From positions 18,476,001 to 18,540,000 of the forward strand of contig NC_135901.1 in the NCBI RefSeq assembly GCF_964194155.1: a DNA stretch of 64,000 nt, written 5' to 3'. Source of the stretch: Cetorhinus maximus. Its lineage: Eukaryota. Positions 60,088-64,000 of this stretch are shown here, in pieces. The notes beneath the pieces are model-generated. The model was not told the origin of the DNA. It was given only the letters and a program-made list of their open reading frames with translations, and ran no database searches. Each line of letters starts with the position of its first letter. Position 1 is the stretch's first letter. The translations under genes were made by a program, and so were the position numbers.

Positions 60088-62055
60088 CCAGCCTCCGCAT
60101 TAAAAGGATCATCCTCCACCATTTCCGCCAACTCCAGCATGATGCCACCACCAAACACATCTTCCCTTCACCTCCCCCGGCGGCATTCCGTAGGGATCAT
60201 TCCCTCTGGGACACCCTGGTCCAGTCCTCCATCACCCCCTACTCCTCAACCCCCACCTATGGTACCTCCCCATGCCCACGCAGAAGATGCAACACCTGCC
60301 CCTTCACTTCCTCTCTCCTCACCGTCCAAGGGCCCAAACACTCCTTTCAAGTGAAGCAGCATTTCACTTGCATTTCCCCTAACTTAGTCTACTGCATTCG
60401 TTGCTCCCAATGCAGTCTCCTCTACATTGGAGAGACCAAACGTAAACTGGGCGACCGCTTTGCAGAACACCTGCGGTCTGTCCGCAAGAAAGACCCAAAC
60501 CTCCCTGTCGCTTGCCATTTTAACACTCCACCCTGCTCTCTTGCCCACATGTCTGTCCCTGGCTTGCTGCATTATTCCAGTGAAGCCCAACGCAAACTGG
60601 AGGAACAGCACCTCATCTTCTGACTAGGCACTTTACAGCCTTCTGGACTGAATATTGAATTCAAGAACTTTAGATCTTGAACTCCCTCCTCCATCCCCAC
60701 CCCCTTTCTGTTTCTTCCCCCTCCCTTTTGTTTTTTCCAATAATTTATATAGATTATTCTTTCCCCACCTATTTCCATTATTTTTAAATCTATAATTGTA
60801 ATGCCCTGTCAGTCTTTCCACCCCACCCCCACTAGAGCTGTACCTTGAGTGTCCTGTCATCCATTCTTAATTAGCACATTCTCTTAGATAACATCACCAC
60901 CTTCAACACCTCTTTGTTCCTTTATCTGTGACATCTTTTGATTATCTGATCCTATCACTGCTTGCTTGTCCCTACAACCACCCCGCCCCCCAACTTCTCT
61001 CCCCCCACCTTAAACCAGCTTATATTTCACCCCTCTCCTAATATTACTCAGTTCTGTTGAAGGGTCATGAGGACTCGAAACGTCAACTGTGCTCTCCTCC
61101 GCCGCTGCTGCCAGACCTGCTGAGTTTTTCCAGGTAATTCTGTTTTTGTTTTGAAGAAGTACTGCTCTGCTCTCCGACAGGATTTTCGTATATCTCTTCT
61201 GCCTTGTTCACCTTCATTGCTTTCCATTTCTCTCCTGGTGTTTGACAAGGTGTTTACTAATACCCGCTTTCACAGCCATATTTCCGTTCTCAGTGACTAT
61301 CTCCGTCTCTGACTTACCCCACGTGGATTTCAACTGAAATTCCATCCCTCTTGTTTCGAACCCACCCAGGATTCCATTTTAACACTCCACCCTGCTCTCT
61401 TGCCCACATGTCTGTCCTTGGCTTGCTGCATTGTTCCAGTGAAGCCCAACGCAAACTGGAGGAACAGCACCTCATCTTCCGACTAGGCACTTTACAGCCT
61501 TCCGGACTGAATATTGAATTCAAGAACTTTAGATCTTGAACTCCCTCCTCCATCCCCACCCCCTTTCTGTTTCTTCCCCCTCCCTTTTGTTTTTTCCAAT
61601 AATTTATATAGATTTTTCTTTTCCCACCTATTTCCATTATTTTTAAATCTATAATTGTAATGCCCTGTCAGTCTTTCCACCCCACCCCCACTAGAGCTGT
61701 ATCTTGAGTGTCCTGCCATCCATTCTTAATTAGCACATTCTCTTAGATAATATCACCACCTTCAACACCTCTTTGTTCCTTTGTCTGTGACATCTTTTGA
61801 TTATCTGCTCCTATCACTGCTTGCTTGTCCCTACAACCACCCCGCCCCTCAACTTCTCTCCCCCCACCCCCCCACCTTAAACCAGCTTATATTTCACCCC
61901 TCTCCTAATATTACTCAGTTCTGTTGAAGGGTCATGAGGACTCGAAACATCAACTGTGCTCTCCTCCGCCGCTGCTGCCAGACCTGCTGAGTTTTTCCAG
62001 GTAATTCTGTTTTTGTTTTGGATTTCCAGCATCCGCAGTAGTTTTTTGTTTTTAT
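60088..62055 (+). mobile_element. Tandem Penelope-like element; second copy internally deleted
   Basis: GIY-YIG ORF 60351..60623; near-identical 3' regions 60515-61153 and 61374-62020; hammerhead-like motifs at 61049-61089 and 61916-61956. Confidence 0.9.
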
Positions 62056-62084
62056 CGATTGTTTCTCGCTTCTCCATCTAACTC

Positions 62085-62215
62085 CAGGTACAACCTGCAC
62101 TGCGCAGGCTCCGTTTACAGCCCAGCAGTGCGCCTGCGCAGGAAGCTCGTGGTTTGGTAGGACACATTCTTCTCCACGGAGAATTCTGGGTAAACTCACC
62201 GCCATTGAAAGGTGC
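62085..62215 (-). promoter_or_regulatory. Promoter of ZNF10
   Basis: Minus strand AATGGCGGTGAGTTTACCCAGAATTCTCCG..TGCGCAGGCGCA aligns with 9348-9430. Confidence 0.65.
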
Positions 62216-62609
62216 TGCTGTTGAATTGATCATTCTGCTTTGCTTTGTGATCCGATTTTGTTTGGAGCCATCAGGATCAAGATCTCAACTTATTAAAATC
62301 AATTCATACAGCAACCAAACTCCACTACTTTTCTGTCCTGGATGCGACTAACGGGAGAACTAATCCCTACTGTCGGATGCGACCTTAGTGGAGTCTCAGC
62401 AGGTGTGGTGAACAAATGATTTGTTTTCCTTCAACAGAGCAATCAAGCTGCTCCTCACCAATAAGATTGTGCTGATTGCGCAACAGATGCTTTGAACTTT
62501 CAAAGCTCGAGTGCCAGCAGGTGGGAAAATTGAATAAATCCCTCCGCACAAGTGAAGTATTTGAATGGTCTTACTCCAGTGTGACTGAGCTGTTCTGTAA
62601 GTAAATGGG

Positions 62610-64000
62610 TTGACCGAGAGATGGGGGGACGGTAAACAGCCAGAGGTCGTGGTGCACATTGGGACCAATGACATAGGTAGGAAAAGGGATGAGGTCCTGA
62701 AAGTAGATTTTAGGGAGTTAGGAAGGGAATTAATAAGCAGGACCTCAAACGCATTGATCTCAGGATTACTCCCAGTGCCACATGCTAATGAACATAAGAA
62801 TAGGAAGATTGAGTAGTTCAACACTTGGCTGGAGAAATGGAGTAGGAGGGAGGGCTTTAGATTTATGAGGCATTGGGACCAGTTCTGGGGCGGGTGGACC
62901 TTTGCAAGAAGGATGGGCTACACTTTAACATAACTGGGGCTAGTGTCCTTGCGAGGAGGTTTGCTGGTGCTGTTGGGGAGAGTTTAAACTAGATTGGCAG
63001 GGGTTTGGGAACCTGAGGCGAAATTCAGAGTGCAGAGGAGAAAAATTGGCAGTGGGAAGTCGTGAAATATCTACTGATAATGAGGGTATATCAGAGAGTT
63101 CCATCAGAGAGGGAGATAGAATACTTGGAGAGTTTGATAAAATTAGAGTAGGCAACACAAGATCATTAGATGGGGTCATATTAAACCGGAAAGTAGAAAA
63201 AAGCCTAAATCAGGGCTAATGTGCATGTATGTGAGTGCATGGAATGGGATTAGTAAGATTGGCGAACTGCAGGCACAGGTTAAGAAATGGAATTATGATA
63301 CTTTTGCTATAATGGAGACCTGGCTTAAAGAAGGGCCGGACTGAGCGTTAAATATTCCTGGGTATAAGGTGTTTAGGAGCGACAGGAAAGGAAGAAAAGC
63401 GGGGGGCTGGGCGGGAGGGGGTGGGAGTTACAATACTGGTTAAGGATGGCATTACAGTGCTGGAAAGAGAGGCTCTTCCAGATGGGTCAAGGACAGAATC
63501 TCTCTGGCTAGAGGTAAGGAATGGGTCAGGTGCAATATCATTGATTGGTGTAGGATATAGACCACCAACTAGTGGAACAGATGCGGAGAAACAAATTTGC
63601 AAAGAAATTACGGAGAGGTGCAAGAGTTATAGAATAATTATAATGGGAGAGTTCAGTTATCCAAATAGGATAGGAATAGTACAAAAGGACAAGAGGGGCG
63701 AGAATTCCTGGAATGTGTTCAAGATAATTTTCTACAGCAGTATTTTTCCAAGGGGACATGCCCTTTTGGACTTGGTTCTGTCGAATGAGTTGGCCCAAGT
63801 GAATCAAATATCAGTGGGAGAACCTCGAGGGGACAGTGACCCATTGGATCAGAAGGTTTAGGTTAATCATTGAAAAGAACAGAGAACAATCCAGAGCAGG
63901 GATAATTAATTGGGGGAAAGCCAACTTTGATGGGAGGAGAATGCATCTGAGTCGAGTGAGTGGAGTCAAACGTTGGCAGAAAAGACAGTGGCTGAACAAT
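62610..64000 (+). mobile_element. CR1: ORF1 SGNH esterase and ORF2 APE endonuclease, degenerate, running off the window
   Basis: VVVHIGTNDIG..ISGLLPVP; METWL; ESLWLEV..VGYRPP..IIMGEFSYP; LLDLVL. Confidence 0.9.

Overview
Eukaryotic genomic DNA, most likely a cartilaginous fish (shark). That is inferred from the repeat repertoire: CR1, L2, RTE, Tx1, Penelope-like elements with hammerhead motifs, and Deu-domain and Meta-type SINEs. The window is a tandem cluster of about 10 C2H2 zinc-finger genes (here ZNF1-ZNF10), each with one coding exon and no recognisable KRAB, SCAN or BTB domain. Five have uninterrupted ORFs (15, 8, 11, 11 and 8 fingers) and five are disabled. They fall into two subfamilies (A and B) arranged +A -A +B +B -B, and this block appears twice with a period of about 30-34 kb, including homologous CpG-island promoters rich in CCAAT, NRF1 and YY1 motifs. 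The rest is mostly decayed retroelements. Most notable: subfamily A genes start at an ATG occupying the Gly position of a TGEKP linker, with fossil fingers left in the 5' UTR; a post-stop reading frame is kept in most paralogues; inverted Penelope insertions carry TSDs and hammerhead ribozymes; and there is an env-plus-LTR retroviral remnant. TE boundaries were read by eye and are approximate, and family names come from recognition rather than a database search.
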